Of a DNA stretch of 64,000 nt, positions 51,986-62,076 are shown piece by piece. The position numbers were made by a program, and so were the translations under genes. The stretch spans positions 8,289-72,288 of the forward strand of contig DAIDJU010000189.1 of NCBI GenBank assembly GCA_027451225.1, written 5' to 3'. Origin of the DNA: Acidocella sp. (lineage in GTDB: Bacteria; Pseudomonadota; Alphaproteobacteria; Acetobacterales; Acetobacteraceae). Positions within the stretch are counted from its first letter, which is position 1, and each line of letters begins with the position of its first letter. The notes below the pieces were generated by a model. That model was not told the origin of the DNA. It worked only from the letters and a program-made list of their open reading frames with translations, and searched no databases.

Positions 51986-52900
51986 ATGGCGATCACGCAG
52001 ACCGTTAAGCAGATCCTCTCGCATTACGAGAGCGACAACCCCGGCACCAAGGCGAATCTGGCCCGCATTCTGATGCAGGGCAAGCTCGGCGGCACCGGCA
52101 AGCTGGTGATCCTGCCGGTGGACCAGGGCTTCGAGCATGGCCCGGCCCGCTCCTTCGCCCCCAACCCCGCCGCCTATGACCCGTACTACCACTACCAGCT
52201 CGCCATCGATGCCGGGCTCTCCGCCTATGCCGCCCCGCTGGGCATGCTGGAAGTCGGCGCCGCCGAGTTCGCCGGGCAGATCCCGACCATCCTGAAGGTC
52301 AACTCCTCCAACTCGCTGGCCACCGACAAGAACCAGGCCATCACCGGCTCCGTGTCCGACGCGCTGCGCCTGGGCTGCTCGGCCATCGGCTTCACCATCT
52401 ATCCGGGCTCCGAATTCGCCTTCGACCTGATGGAAGAACTGCGCGAGATGGCCGAAGAGGCCAAGGCCGCCGGCCTCGCCGTGGTTGTGTGGTCCTACCC
52501 GCGCGGCCCGATGCTGGACAAAGCCGGCGAGACCGCCTTCGACATCTGCGCCTATGCCGCGCACATGGCCGCGCTGATGGGCGCGCACATCATCAAGGTG
52601 AAGCCCCCCACGGACGTGATCTCCCTGGAAGCCGCCAAGAAGACCTATGCCGGGATCGACGGCTCCACCATGGCCAAGCGCGTGCAGCATGTCGTGCAGT
52701 CCTGCTTCGCGGGCAAGCGCGTCGTCGTGTTCTCGGGCGGCGAGGCCAAGAGCCTGGACGCGCTGTATGAGGAAATCCGCGGCCTGCGCGATGGCGGCGC
52801 GAACGGCTCCATCATCGGCCGCAACACCTTCCAGCGCCCGCGCGAGGAAGCCCTGGAACTGCTGGGCAAGATCATCGACATCTATCTCGGCAAGTTCTGA
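51986..52900 (+). CDS. fbaB: Class I fructose-bisphosphate aldolase
   Basis: ILPVDQGFEHGP, WSYPRG, IIKVK, GSIIGRN. Confidence 0.93.
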   Translation: MAITQTVKQILSHYESDNPGTKANLARILMQGKLGGTGKLVILPVDQGFEHGPARSFAPNPAAYDPYYHYQLAIDAGLSAYAAPLGMLEVGAAEFAGQIPTILKVNSSNSLATDKNQAITGSVSDALRLGCSAIGFTIYPGSEFAFDLMEELREMAEEAKAAGLAVVVWSYPRGPMLDKAGETAFDICAYAAHMAALMGAHIIKVKPPTDVISLEAAKKTYAGIDGSTMAKRVQHVVQSCFAGKRVVVFSGGEAKSLDALYEEIRGLRDGGANGSIIGRNTFQRPREEALELLGKIIDIYLGKF

Positions 52901-52961
52901 TTTCCACGCCGTGGCGAAACGCGCCGGCTTCGCTGGCGCGCCGCTGCGGTGCTAGTGTCAT

Positions 52962-52990
52962 GGGGGGCTTCGGCCCCCCGTTTGCGTTTT
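52962..52990 (+). terminator. Terminator after aldolase
   Basis: GGGGGGC-TTCG-GCCCCCC then T-rich tail. Confidence 0.7.
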
Positions 52991-53004
52991 AAGGATTTGC
53001 GTTC

Positions 53005-53631
53005 GTGACCGAGACCGATTGCCGCCTCTACCTCATCACCCCGCCCGTTTTGCCCAAGGACTTCGAGGCCCAGCTCGCCGCCGCCCTCGACGCCGGGGAC
53101 GTGGCCGCCCTGCAACTGCGCCTGAAAGACGTGCCGGATGATGTGATCGCCCGCACGGTGGATAGACTGCGGCCCATCGTCCAGAGCCGGGATGTCGCCT
53201 TCATCCTCAACGACCGCCCGGACTTGGCCGTGAAGCTCGGCTGCGACGGCGCGCATGTCGGCCAGACGGACACGCCCATCAAGCAGGCGCGCAAGATCCT
53301 GGGGGACCTGATACTCGGCGTGACCTGCCATAACTCCCGCCATCTGGCGATGGAGGCGGCGGAAGCCGGGGCGGATTACGTGGCCTTCGGCGCGTTCTTC
53401 CCCACCGCCACCAAGGAGCCGCCGGAGATGGCGGAGATCGAGACGCTGCAGATCTGGGCGGAGACGATGGAAGTCCCCTGCGTGGCCATCGGCGGCATCA
53501 CGGCGGAAAACTGCGCGCCGCTGGTGAAGGCCGGGGCGGAGTTCCTGGCCGTGGTCGGCGCGGTGTGGAACCACCCCGGCGGCCCTGCCGCGGGCGTTCA
53601 GGCGATGCTCAAGGCCATCGCCGCAGCTTAA
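53005..53631 (+). CDS. thiE: Thiamine-phosphate synthase family
   Basis: [30 protein letters not shown]. Confidence 0.88.
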   Translation: MTETDCRLYLITPPVLPKDFEAQLAAALDAGDVAALQLRLKDVPDDVIARTVDRLRPIVQSRDVAFILNDRPDLAVKLGCDGAHVGQTDTPIKQARKILGDLILGVTCHNSRHLAMEAAEAGADYVAFGAFFPTATKEPPEMAEIETLQIWAETMEVPCVAIGGITAENCAPLVKAGAEFLAVVGAVWNHPGGPAAGVQAMLKAIAAA

Positions 53632-54002
53632 CGGCAATCATTGCCCTTGAGGGTGAAGCTGGCCACTTTGCCGTCCTTCAGGGCGAAGGTGATCTCGCAG
53701 GACCAGACCTGGATATCCTGCGGGAAGGACTGCATATACCCCCCGTAATACGGCCCCCAATACGGCCCGTACCAGGGCCCGAATCCGCCCATGCCGACGC
53801 CGTTCGGAATCACTTCGGCATGGCTGTGGACATAAGCGAGATACTGGATGCCATCCACGGTGATCTGCTTGTCCGGCACCCCCATAGACTGCACAAGGCT
53901 CGCCTCCGGCGCGCCGATATAGGCGGCCAGGCGCGATTGCAGGCTCGGCCCATGGGCGCAGGCGGCAAGAGCTAACGGCAAGGCGAGAACGGCACGGCGC
54001 AT
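53628..54002 (-). CDS. Hypothetical lipoprotein
   Basis: Lipobox LAAC; Gly/Tyr/Pro-rich insert. Confidence 0.7.
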   Translation of the reverse strand: MRRAVLALPLALAACAHGPSLQSRLAAYIGAPEASLVQSMGVPDKQITVDGIQYLAYVHSHAEVIPNGVGMGGFGPWYGPYWGPYYGGYMQSFPQDIQVWSCEITFALKDGKVASFTLKGNDCR

Positions 54003-54061
54003 GGGTAAATCTCCTCAGCGCCAGGATATAACCCCGGCACGTAACAGCTTGATGACGTTCG

Positions 54062-55018
54062 TCAAGGCAACCACAAAATATCGGCGATCCGCTGCGCGCC
54101 CGTGGCCAGCATGGCCAGCCGGTCGAACCCCAGCGCGATGCCCGAACAGACCGGAAGCGCTGCCACGGCGGCAAGGAACTCCTCATCCATCGGCCAGTCC
54201 TCGCCATACAGGGCATGCCGCCGCGCGCGGTCGGCGATGAAACGCGCCCGCTGCTCCTCGGCATCCGTCAGCTCGACGAACGCGTTAGCCAGCTCGATGC
54301 CGCAAACATACAGCTCGAACCGCTCCGCCACGCGCGGGTCATCCGGGCATTTGCGCGCCAGCGCCGCCTGGGCGGCGGGCCAATGGGTCAGGAAGGTCGG
54401 GCGCTCGCGGCCCAGATGCGGCTCGATCCGCTCCAGCAGCAGGCGGAAGAACAGATCCTCCCAATCCTCGCCCTCGCGCAGTTTCGCGCCAGCCTGGGCG
54501 GCCAGGGCGGGCGCGTCATCGGCGGTGGCCAGTACATCGGCGCCCACATAGCGCTGGAAGGCCTCGGCCACGGTGAGGAATTCCGGCTCGTCCAGCCGGG
54601 TGGTGATGCCCCGGCACGTGACCTCGGGCGGCAGGGTGGCGCGCAGGAGGGCGAAGGTTTCGTCCATCAGCGCCTGCATGTCAGCGCCCAGCGAGTACCA
54701 TTCCAGCATGGTGAACTCAGGGGCGTGGGTGTCCGACCATGGTTCGTCGCGCCAGACGCGGGCGAGCTGGAAGATCGGCCCGGAGCCGCCCGCCAGCAGC
54801 TTCTTCATGGCGAATTCAGGCGAGGTGTTCAGCCATTTATCGCCCGCCGGACGGGCGCGCAGATGCACCTCCTCGCCGGGCGCCGCCACGGCGTAAGGGG
54901 TTTCCACCTCGGCATAGCCGCGCGCGGTGAAGAAGGCGCGCACGGCGGCGGCCAAGCGCTGGCGGCGGAGGAGACGGGGAAAACGGTCGGGCAGTGTCTG
55001 CCAGGGTTGAGAGCGCAT
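54062..55018 (-). CDS. epmA: EF-P beta-lysylation ligase (GenX/PoxA)
   Basis: LNTSPEFAMKKLL, HAPEFTMLEWY, ELANAF, GIALGFDRL. Confidence 0.93.
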   Translation of the reverse strand: MRSQPWQTLPDRFPRLLRRQRLAAAVRAFFTARGYAEVETPYAVAAPGEEVHLRARPAGDKWLNTSPEFAMKKLLAGGSGPIFQLARVWRDEPWSDTHAPEFTMLEWYSLGADMQALMDETFALLRATLPPEVTCRGITTRLDEPEFLTVAEAFQRYVGADVLATADDAPALAAQAGAKLREGEDWEDLFFRLLLERIEPHLGRERPTFLTHWPAAQAALARKCPDDPRVAERFELYVCGIELANAFVELTDAEEQRARFIADRARRHALYGEDWPMDEEFLAAVAALPVCSGIALGFDRLAMLATGAQRIADILWLP

Positions 55019-55041
55019 GGCGCACGTTCTACATCACGCCG

Positions 55042-56010
55042 ATGCCGGATGGTATTTCTCCCAAACCCCGCACGCTGCGCCGCCCCGACGAGCTGGCCCG
55101 CGCCGGGCTGCTGCCCCAGAACCGCGTCGCCGAGGCCGAGGCCGTCGCCGCGCGCTACGCCATTGCCGTGCCGCCAGCGCTGGCGGCACTCATCGAGTCG
55201 CCGGACGATCCGCTGGGGCTGCAATTCATCCCCAGCGCCGCCGAGCTGATCACCGCCGCGCATGAGAGCACGGACCCCATCGCCGACGAAGCGCTTTCGC
55301 CCATCCCCGGCATCGTCCACCGCTACCCGGACCGCGCGCTGCTGAAGCCCCTGCTGGCCTGCCCCGTCTATTGCCGGTTCTGCTTCCGGCGCGAGCAGGT
55401 GGGGCCGGATGGCGGGGTGCTCTCGGCCGAGGCGCTGGAGGCGGCCTATGCCTATGTCGCGGCGCATCCTGGCATCCGCGAGGTGATTCTGACCGGCGGC
55501 GACCCGCTGATGCTCTCCCCGCGCCGCCTGGGCGAAATGCTGCGCCGGATGGAAGCCATTCCGCATGTGGAGCTGCTGCGCATCCATAGCCGCGTGCCGG
55601 TGGCCGATCCGGCCCTGGTGAACGAGGCGCTGCTGGCGGCGCTGGAGATCGAGAAGCCACTCTATATCGCGGTACACAGCAACCATGCGCGGGAGCTGAC
55701 GGCGGAAGCGACGGAAGCCTGCCGCAAACTCTCGCGGCTGGGTATTCCGCTACTGGGCCAGACCGTGTTGCTGGCAGGCGTGAACGACAGCGAAACGGCC
55801 CTGGCCGATCTGTTCCGCGCCATGCTGCGCGCACGGATAAAACCCTATTACCTGCACCAGCTGGACCCCGCCCCCGGCACCGCGCGCTTCCATGTGGAAC
55901 CGGAACGCGGCCGGGAGATCCTGCGCAACCTGCGCGGCAAGATCAGCGGCACGGCGTTTCCGACTTATATCCTCGATCGTCCCGGGGGGCTGGGGAAAGT
56001 GCCGCTGTAG
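55042..56010 (+). CDS. epmB: Lysine 2,3-aminomutase for EF-P modification
   Basis: HRYPDR, CPVYCRFCFRR, LTGGDP, PYYLHQLD. Confidence 0.92.
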   Translation: MPDGISPKPRTLRRPDELARAGLLPQNRVAEAEAVAARYAIAVPPALAALIESPDDPLGLQFIPSAAELITAAHESTDPIADEALSPIPGIVHRYPDRALLKPLLACPVYCRFCFRREQVGPDGGVLSAEALEAAYAYVAAHPGIREVILTGGDPLMLSPRRLGEMLRRMEAIPHVELLRIHSRVPVADPALVNEALLAALEIEKPLYIAVHSNHARELTAEATEACRKLSRLGIPLLGQTVLLAGVNDSETALADLFRAMLRARIKPYYLHQLDPAPGTARFHVEPERGREILRNLRGKISGTAFPTYILDRPGGLGKVPL

Positions 56011-56158
56011 GAGGCAACGCTCCACTCTGGACACAGACCGCCGCACTGAAACGAAAACCTCACGGCCGCGTCAGGCGCAGCCCTCCCCTCTTCCGTCCAG
56101 AGACGTGAATATGCCAAGCTCATTTTAAAGCCCCTTCAAGTAAGAGCGGAGTTATGCG

Positions 56159-57061
56159 GTGAATGAAATACACGCCCCCATAGTCACGTATATGGGACAA
56201 TCTGTTTCTGTACGAACCAATGAAACAGTGCTCAACGCTCTCCTCAGGGCTGGGATTGAGGTGCCGTTTTCCTGCAAGGCTGGCAGCTGCCACACATGCT
56301 TATTGAAATGCCTGGAAGGCGACCTCCCTGAGCGGACACAACGCGGCCTCTCCGAAAGTTTGCGGGCCAAATCTTACTTCATGCCTTGCCGATGCAAGCC
56401 TGCGGGCGACATGCATCTGGCCCCCGCCAGTGCAGACGATCTTCTGACCGAGGAGACTGGCGCTCCCCCTCTGCCTGAAACCCCGCCCGCGACAGGCCCC
56501 GCGGCCCCAGAAATCCCCTACCCGGACACCGACCCCGCCCTATGGATGGAGCTGCAACAAGGCGGCGACAAAGTCCGAAAAGTTTTAGAAGATTTCTACG
56601 ACATGGTCTACGCTGACGACCAGCTCGCCCCCTTCTTCGATAACGTTAAAAAAGAACATGTAACCGACAAGCAATACACGTTTATGAAACGCTGCCTGCT
56701 CGGAGAAAAAGTCTATTTTGGCAATCGCCCGCGCAATGCCCATCACTGGATGATCATCTCAGATGAATTGATGGATCACCGGCAGGCGCTCATGCTGAAA
56801 GCATTGCTTGCAAATGGGCTCACCCAAGATCAAGTCGATCGCTGGGTACCTTTCGAGGAACATTTCCGTGGCGACATCGTCAAAAAAGAGACCTGGCCTA
56901 AACGCGTTGGCGACCAGGATGTCGCCTTCGAAGGGTTTGGCCGAGAAGTTTTTTCGATAGATTTAATATGTGATTATTGCCACTCCGAAATCCCCGCCGG
57001 CACCAGCGTGGTGGTGCATCATCGCCGTGGACTTGTGAGCTGCCCCAGCTGCGCCGGCTGA
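56159..57061 (+). CDS. [2Fe-2S] ferredoxin - truncated globin - Cys4 ribbon fusion protein
   Basis: C39-x4-C44-x2-C47..C77; FYDMVYADDQLAPFF..KQ..RNAH; CDYC..CPSC. Confidence 0.8.
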   Translation: MNEIHAPIVTYMGQSVSVRTNETVLNALLRAGIEVPFSCKAGSCHTCLLKCLEGDLPERTQRGLSESLRAKSYFMPCRCKPAGDMHLAPASADDLLTEETGAPPLPETPPATGPAAPEIPYPDTDPALWMELQQGGDKVRKVLEDFYDMVYADDQLAPFFDNVKKEHVTDKQYTFMKRCLLGEKVYFGNRPRNAHHWMIISDELMDHRQALMLKALLANGLTQDQVDRWVPFEEHFRGDIVKKETWPKRVGDQDVAFEGFGREVFSIDLICDYCHSEIPAGTSVVVHHRRGLVSCPSCAG

Positions 57062-57086
57062 ACACTTCTAAATAGCGCAACCCTTG

Positions 57087-57105
57087 GGGGGCTTGATAAG
57101 CCCCC
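57087..57105. terminator. Hairpin between convergent genes
   Basis: GGGGGCTT-GAT-AAGCCCCC; no clear T tract. Confidence 0.5.
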
Positions 57106-59618
57106 TAAAACCGCGCCGAAACCGCCGCCTCCAGGCTCTGCGCCGACCAGTTGCCCGAAAAGCGGCCGTTATAGCCGATATCCAGCGCCCAATCGCCCCT
57201 GGCCATGCGCAGCCCCACCCCGGCTACGCCGGAAACCGGCGACAATCCCTGCGGGTTGAGGGCGAAGGCCGTGCCGTCCTGCGTGCTCAACCCCAACTCC
57301 GCGCCAGGGTTGCCCAAACTCCCCTCGACGCCGAAGGTAACGCGCGGGGTGATGACGATATGTGAAGCCGTAACATAGCTGCGCCCCAGGTTCAGGTGCA
57401 GGAACGGCGTGACCGTGGTGCCGGATGACGCGCCGCCATTCAGCGCGAAGGCCTGTTGCGCGGCCCCTTCCGCCAGCCCGCCCATGGCCACACGGGTTAC
57501 ACGCAGCCCGGCGGCGGGGCTGATCTCCCAGCCCTGCCACGCCAGCGGCAGCGCCGCCTGCGCCGCGATGGAGAGTACATTGCCAGTCTCCCGCGCCACC
57601 GCAGCGCCCGCGCCCGTCTGGCGGGTGGTGTTGGCGTTCACGATGCCGTCCAGCACCGCGGCACTCAGCACGAACGCCCCCACCGGCTGGTTGGCGTAGA
57701 GGCCAAGGCGGACCGTCTCCAGATCGGCGGTTCCCGTGCCTTTGCCGCGCAGGGCGGCGTCGTCATACCCGGCGGCCAGGCCGATCCGCCCACCTGTCGC
57801 GGGGATGGCGCGGTCCACACCCGCCAGGAATCCGCCGCCGGTCATGTTGAAGCCATCGGTGGCGAGGTTGGAGCCCGCCGCCTCCACCCAGCCGCCGGCG
57901 GCGCAGAACCCGCTGGCGATGGCCGAGGCGATCCCCGCCTTGCCGCCGCCCTGGGCCGGAATGTTCTTGCACCCCGCCCCCGCCCCTGGCGCCATGGCAT
58001 GGCCGAGCAGCAGATCATCCATGGTCTGGGCATCCAGCGTCATGGCCTGGGAGAGGTCGGGCAGCAGCCCCGCCCCCTGCGGCGCCACGGTGAAGTTGCT
58101 GTTCACCAGCAACCGCGCCGCCAGCGGACTCATGGAGAGGGAAAGCGGCTGCACGCCTTGCTCCACCTGGGCGAAACTGCCGGTCAGCCCGCCATCGGCT
58201 TCCAGAAACTGGTAGCTCGCGGGGGTATAGGTGCCCGGCGCCAGCACATAGGTAAGCGTGCCGCCCAGCTTGATGGTGCCGCTGACGGTGAAGCTGGAAA
58301 CCTGCCCAGGCTCCACCAGCACCACGAGCGCGCCGGTGTCGCTCTGGGTAAAATTACCGTTCAGCCGCAGCGGCGCGGTGGCCAGCCCGGCGGAGAAGCT
58401 GCCGTTATTCACCATCTGCGCCACACTCCAGGTGCCGGTGCCCGCCCAGGCCGCGCCTTGCGCCACGGTCAGCGACCCGCCATTGGAAAAGCCGGTAATG
58501 CCGGTGGCCAGCGTGCCGTTGCCGGTGAGCGAGATGCTGCTCGCCGTGCCGTTGCCTGCAATATCGCCACTAATCTGCGCCCCGGTGCCGAGCGTGATGC
58601 TGCTGGCCCCGCGCGAGAGGCTGATGGCGTTGCCGCCCCCAGTGGCGATGACGCTGCCGGTATCGACGATCTCCACCGCGCCGTTGGCGATAATGCCGGT
58701 CGCCCCGGCGATGGTCCCGGCATTGTTCAACGTGTCGCCCTTGGTCAGCCTCACCCCGGCGGCGGCACCGGTGATCAGCCCGGTATTCTCCACCACCCCG
58801 CCGCGCCCGGTATCCACCACGCCGTCGATACCACCCGCGATGGTGCCGCTATTGCTGACCGAGGACGCGCCGGTGAGATACACACCAAAATCCGGCCCGC
58901 TGATCAGCCCGGCATTGGTGATGCGCGAGCCGTCGCCCCCCGCATACACGCCGGAATACCCGCCCAGCAGCCGCCCGGAGGCGGTGTTGGTGAGCGAGCC
59001 GCCGGAATAGAGCGAGACGGCATCGCCCGTGCTGGCGGAAATCTGGCCGCTATTGGTCACGCTGCCCAGACCATTGCCCGTGTAAACGCCAATATGCCCG
59101 CCAAAGATGCTGCCGGTATTGGCAACGCTGCCGCCGCGGTTGAGGCTGACGCCATCGAACCCCGCGCTGATGCTGCCGCTATTGCTCACCTCGCCAGCCC
59201 CGCCATTCACCACCACGCCGTAGCGCGTGGCGCTGATGCCGCCGCTATTGGCCACACTGCCCGCCGCCCACATCTCCACCGCGTTATGGCCCGAGACGCT
59301 GCCGGTATTGCTCACACTGCCGCCCGCCCCCAGCCAGATGCCCGCGCCATTGGCGTCCCGCACCTGCCCGGCATTGCTGAGCTGGGCTGGGCTCATGTCC
59401 CACAGCGCCGCCCAGCTCTGGCTGCTCACGGTCACGCCGCTGGCGATGCTCACCCCCGCATTGCCATATCCAGCGAGGTTCACCGGAGCGTAATGGCTGG
59501 TGGAGATCACGCTCTGCGCGGCGGCCGGGGCGGCGAGCCCCATGGCGGCGGGCAGAACCAGCAGCGGCGCAGCGGCGCAATGGCGCGCCAGGGCAATGCC
59601 GGTGGAGGACGTGTTCAT
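57105..59618 (-). CDS. Type Va autotransporter, beta-helical adhesin-like passenger
   Basis: Signal peptide, repeated SVxNxGxIxG units, C-terminal barrel ending AAVSARF. Confidence 0.85.
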   Translation of the reverse strand: MNTSSTGIALARHCAAAPLLVLPAAMGLAAPAAAQSVISTSHYAPVNLAGYGNAGVSIASGVTVSSQSWAALWDMSPAQLSNAGQVRDANGAGIWLGAGGSVSNTGSVSGHNAVEMWAAGSVANSGGISATRYGVVVNGGAGEVSNSGSISAGFDGVSLNRGGSVANTGSIFGGHIGVYTGNGLGSVTNSGQISASTGDAVSLYSGGSLTNTASGRLLGGYSGVYAGGDGSRITNAGLISGPDFGVYLTGASSVSNSGTIAGGIDGVVDTGRGGVVENTGLITGAAAGVRLTKGDTLNNAGTIAGATGIIANGAVEIVDTGSVIATGGGNAISLSRGASSITLGTGAQISGDIAGNGTASSISLTGNGTLATGITGFSNGGSLTVAQGAAWAGTGTWSVAQMVNNGSFSAGLATAPLRLNGNFTQSDTGALVVLVEPGQVSSFTVSGTIKLGGTLTYVLAPGTYTPASYQFLEADGGLTGSFAQVEQGVQPLSLSMSPLAARLLVNSNFTVAPQGAGLLPDLSQAMTLDAQTMDDLLLGHAMAPGAGAGCKNIPAQGGGKAGIASAIASGFCAAGGWVEAAGSNLATDGFNMTGGGFLAGVDRAIPATGGRIGLAAGYDDAALRGKGTGTADLETVRLGLYANQPVGAFVLSAAVLDGIVNANTTRQTGAGAAVARETGNVLSIAAQAALPLAWQGWEISPAAGLRVTRVAMGGLAEGAAQQAFALNGGASSGTTVTPFLHLNLGRSYVTASHIVITPRVTFGVEGSLGNPGAELGLSTQDGTAFALNPQGLSPVSGVAGVGLRMARGDWALDIGYNGRFSGNWSAQSLEAAVSARF

Positions 59619-59854
59619 GGAAGGTGATCCTTGGGCCGGGCGGCTTTTTGCAACCCTTCACAACTACAGGCTGACTTCAGCCTAGAACCGCACCGGTGAA
59701 TGGCGCGTTAATCTCCCGGCCTCCCCCAACCGGAATCGCTATTTTCCCGTTAACCTTTGGGCCGCGCGCCTGGGGGTGGCTTGCCCAAATCGCCCTGGCG
59801 GCGTAAGCCCGCGCCTCACGATCATTCAAGTTTTCAATCGGCAGGGCATAACCC

Positions 59855-60421
59855 ATGAAGCAGCAGGCTAACCTTATCCGCGCCGGGCAGGTCATCGAAC
59901 ACGAGGGCCAGCGCTGGACCGTGCTGAAGCAGCAGATCATCACCCCCGGCAAGGGCGGCGCCTTCATCCAGGTGGAAATGCGCAACCTGAAGACCGGCAA
60001 CAAGACCAACGAGCGCTGGCGCACCGCCGACACCGTCGAGCGCCTGACCACCGAGGACCGGGACTTCACCTATTCCTACACCGATGGCGAGAACCTCGTG
60101 CTGATGGATCCCGAGACCTTCGAGCAGTTCATGGTTCCTGCCTCCATCCTGGGCGAGTCCGCGCCCTTCCTGCAGGACAACATGGCCGTCATCGTGGCGC
60201 TGGTCGAAGGCGATCCGGTCGGCATCACCCTGCCGCCGCAGGTGACGCTGGAAGTCGTCGAGGCCGACCCGGTGGTGAAGGGGCAGACCGCCTCCTCCTC
60301 CTACAAGCCCGCCAAGCTCTCCAACGGCGTGAAGACGCTGGTGCCGCCCTTCATCGAGGCCGGCGAGCGCATCGTGGTGCGCACCGAGGACGGCAGCTAC
60401 GTGGAACGCGCCAAGGGCTGA
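59855..60421 (+). CDS. efp: Elongation factor P
   Basis: TPGKGGA (Lys-type loop), SSSYKPA, VPPFI. Confidence 0.96.
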   Translation: MKQQANLIRAGQVIEHEGQRWTVLKQQIITPGKGGAFIQVEMRNLKTGNKTNERWRTADTVERLTTEDRDFTYSYTDGENLVLMDPETFEQFMVPASILGESAPFLQDNMAVIVALVEGDPVGITLPPQVTLEVVEADPVVKGQTASSSYKPAKLSNGVKTLVPPFIEAGERIVVRTEDGSYVERAKG

Positions 60422-60431
60422 TCTCCACCAC

Positions 60432-60452
60432 GAGGGGGCCAACGGCCCCCTC
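60432..60452 (+). terminator. Hairpin after efp
   Basis: GAGGGGGCC-AAC-GGCCCCCTC. Confidence 0.6.
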
Positions 60453-60483
60453 ACTTCATTGCGACAGTTTTTATTAGGAGTGC

Positions 60484-61317
60484 ATGGCCATGATGCCACG
60501 TCTTTCCCCGCACATGACCGTGATGCACGCCGCGGCGAACAAGGCCGCGAAGCGCCTGCTGCGCGATTTCATGGAAGTTGAAAACCTGCAGGTTTCCGTG
60601 AAGGGGCCTGGGGATTTCGTCAGCCAGGCGGATATGCGCGCCGAAGCCTCGATCCGCGAGGATCTGGAGAAGGCCCGCCCGGGCTACGCCTTCCTGATGG
60701 AAGAGTCCGGCGCCTCGGGCTCCGAGAAATGGGCCTGGCGCTGGGTTGTCGATCCGCTGGACGGCACCACCAACTTCCTGCACGGCATCCCGCATTGGGC
60801 GATCTCGATCGCGCTGGAGAAGCGCCTGCCGGATGGCAATACCGAGATCCATGCCGGGCTGGTCTACTGCCCGGTGAATGGCGAGATGTTCTGGGCCGAG
60901 AAGGGTGTCGGCGCGTATCTCAACGATAAGCGCCTGCGCGTCTCCGCCCGGCGCGATCTCAAGGACGCGCTGTTCGCCACCGGCATTCCCTTCGCCGTCT
61001 CCGCCTCGCGCAGCCGCCTCTCCTTCGCCCGCACGCTGGGCACGCTGATGCCGCAGGTGGCGGGCATCCGCCGCTTCGGCTCGGCGGCGCTGGACCTCGC
61101 CTGGGTCGCGGCCGGGCGTTACGACGGGTATTGGGAAACCGGCATCCACGCCTGGGACATCGCGGCGGGCATGCTGATCGTGCGCGAGGCCGGCGGCTAC
61201 GCCACCGATGCCGAGGGCAAGGACGAGATCTCCAGCACCGTGGTTGCGGCGAACCCGCATATGCACCCCAAATTGCTGGAAGTGGTGCAGGACGGTCTGG
61301 CGGCGGCCAAGGCTTGA
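60484..61317 (+). CDS. suhB: Inositol monophosphatase family
   Basis: WVVDPLDGTTNF, RRFGSAALDL, WDIAAG; exact start uncertain. Confidence 0.92.
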   Translation: MAMMPRLSPHMTVMHAAANKAAKRLLRDFMEVENLQVSVKGPGDFVSQADMRAEASIREDLEKARPGYAFLMEESGASGSEKWAWRWVVDPLDGTTNFLHGIPHWAISIALEKRLPDGNTEIHAGLVYCPVNGEMFWAEKGVGAYLNDKRLRVSARRDLKDALFATGIPFAVSASRSRLSFARTLGTLMPQVAGIRRFGSAALDLAWVAAGRYDGYWETGIHAWDIAAGMLIVREAGGYATDAEGKDEISSTVVAANPHMHPKLLEVVQDGLAAAKA

Positions 61318-61440
61318 CGCTCGGGCCATTTGTCTTTCTGCCGATGGAAACGGATAAATGGCTCCAGCGCATTGTTTTGCGCGCATCTTCACGTGATGGG
61401 GTGTTTCCACCCCATCACGATCTGCTCTAAGGTTTCCGCC

Positions 61441-62076
61441 GTGAAGCGAATTTTGCTCCTGGCAGGTCTTTCGGCAATGGCGGCTCCCGGCGCGCAGGCG
61501 CAGGTAACGGTGAACGCGGCGGCGTTGCAGCAGCTTGCTGGCGTTCCCCCCGCCCCGCCGCCCGTTGCCACCCCCAAGCCGACGCCCATGGCCCCCGCGC
61601 CGCATATCGTGCAGCATCACCACACGGCTCCGGCGCCCGTGGCGGCCAAGCCCGCCGCGCTCTCGCCCCCGCCGCTGCCTCAGGGCGCGCCGCCTTTGCC
61701 CCAAAATGCCGCCCCGGCCACGCTCAAGGCGGCCCCGCCGCCGCCCGCCACCCCCGCGCAGGTGGTGAAGGCGCTGGCCCCGGTGCATCTCAGCTTCGCC
61801 CCCGGCAGCGCCGATCTGCCCGCCAATGCCGGCAGCGCGCTGCGGCCCTTCTGCCATGAGGGCGGGATGATCAGCATCGACGCCCACGCCCCGCCCAACC
61901 CCACCGACCCCTCGGCGGCCATGCGGCTTTCGCTCTCCCGCGCCTTGGCGGTGAAGGCCGTGCTCGCCGCCTGCGGCGTGCCGGTGCAGAATATCGTGCC
62001 CCGCGCCATGGGCGCCGCCCCCGGGCACGCCGACGACCAGACGATTGTGGCCGCAGGCACGGGAGCCGAGCAATGA
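61441..62076 (+). CDS. Secreted Pro-rich protein with OmpA-like C-terminal domain
   Basis: Signal peptide, Pro/Ala linker, FAPGSADL..RLSLSRALAV. Confidence 0.7.
   Translation: MKRILLLAGLSAMAAPGAQAQVTVNAAALQQLAGVPPAPPPVATPKPTPMAPAPHIVQHHHTAPAPVAAKPAALSPPPLPQGAPPLPQNAAPATLKAAPPPPATPAQVVKALAPVHLSFAPGSADLPANAGSALRPFCHEGGMISIDAHAPPNPTDPSAAMRLSLSRALAVKAVLAACGVPVQNIVPRAMGAAPGHADDQTIVAAGTGAEQ

Noticed and set aside
52901-53004. TPP riboswitch before thiE
   Set aside because: No CTGAGA core; hairpins fit an aldolase terminator
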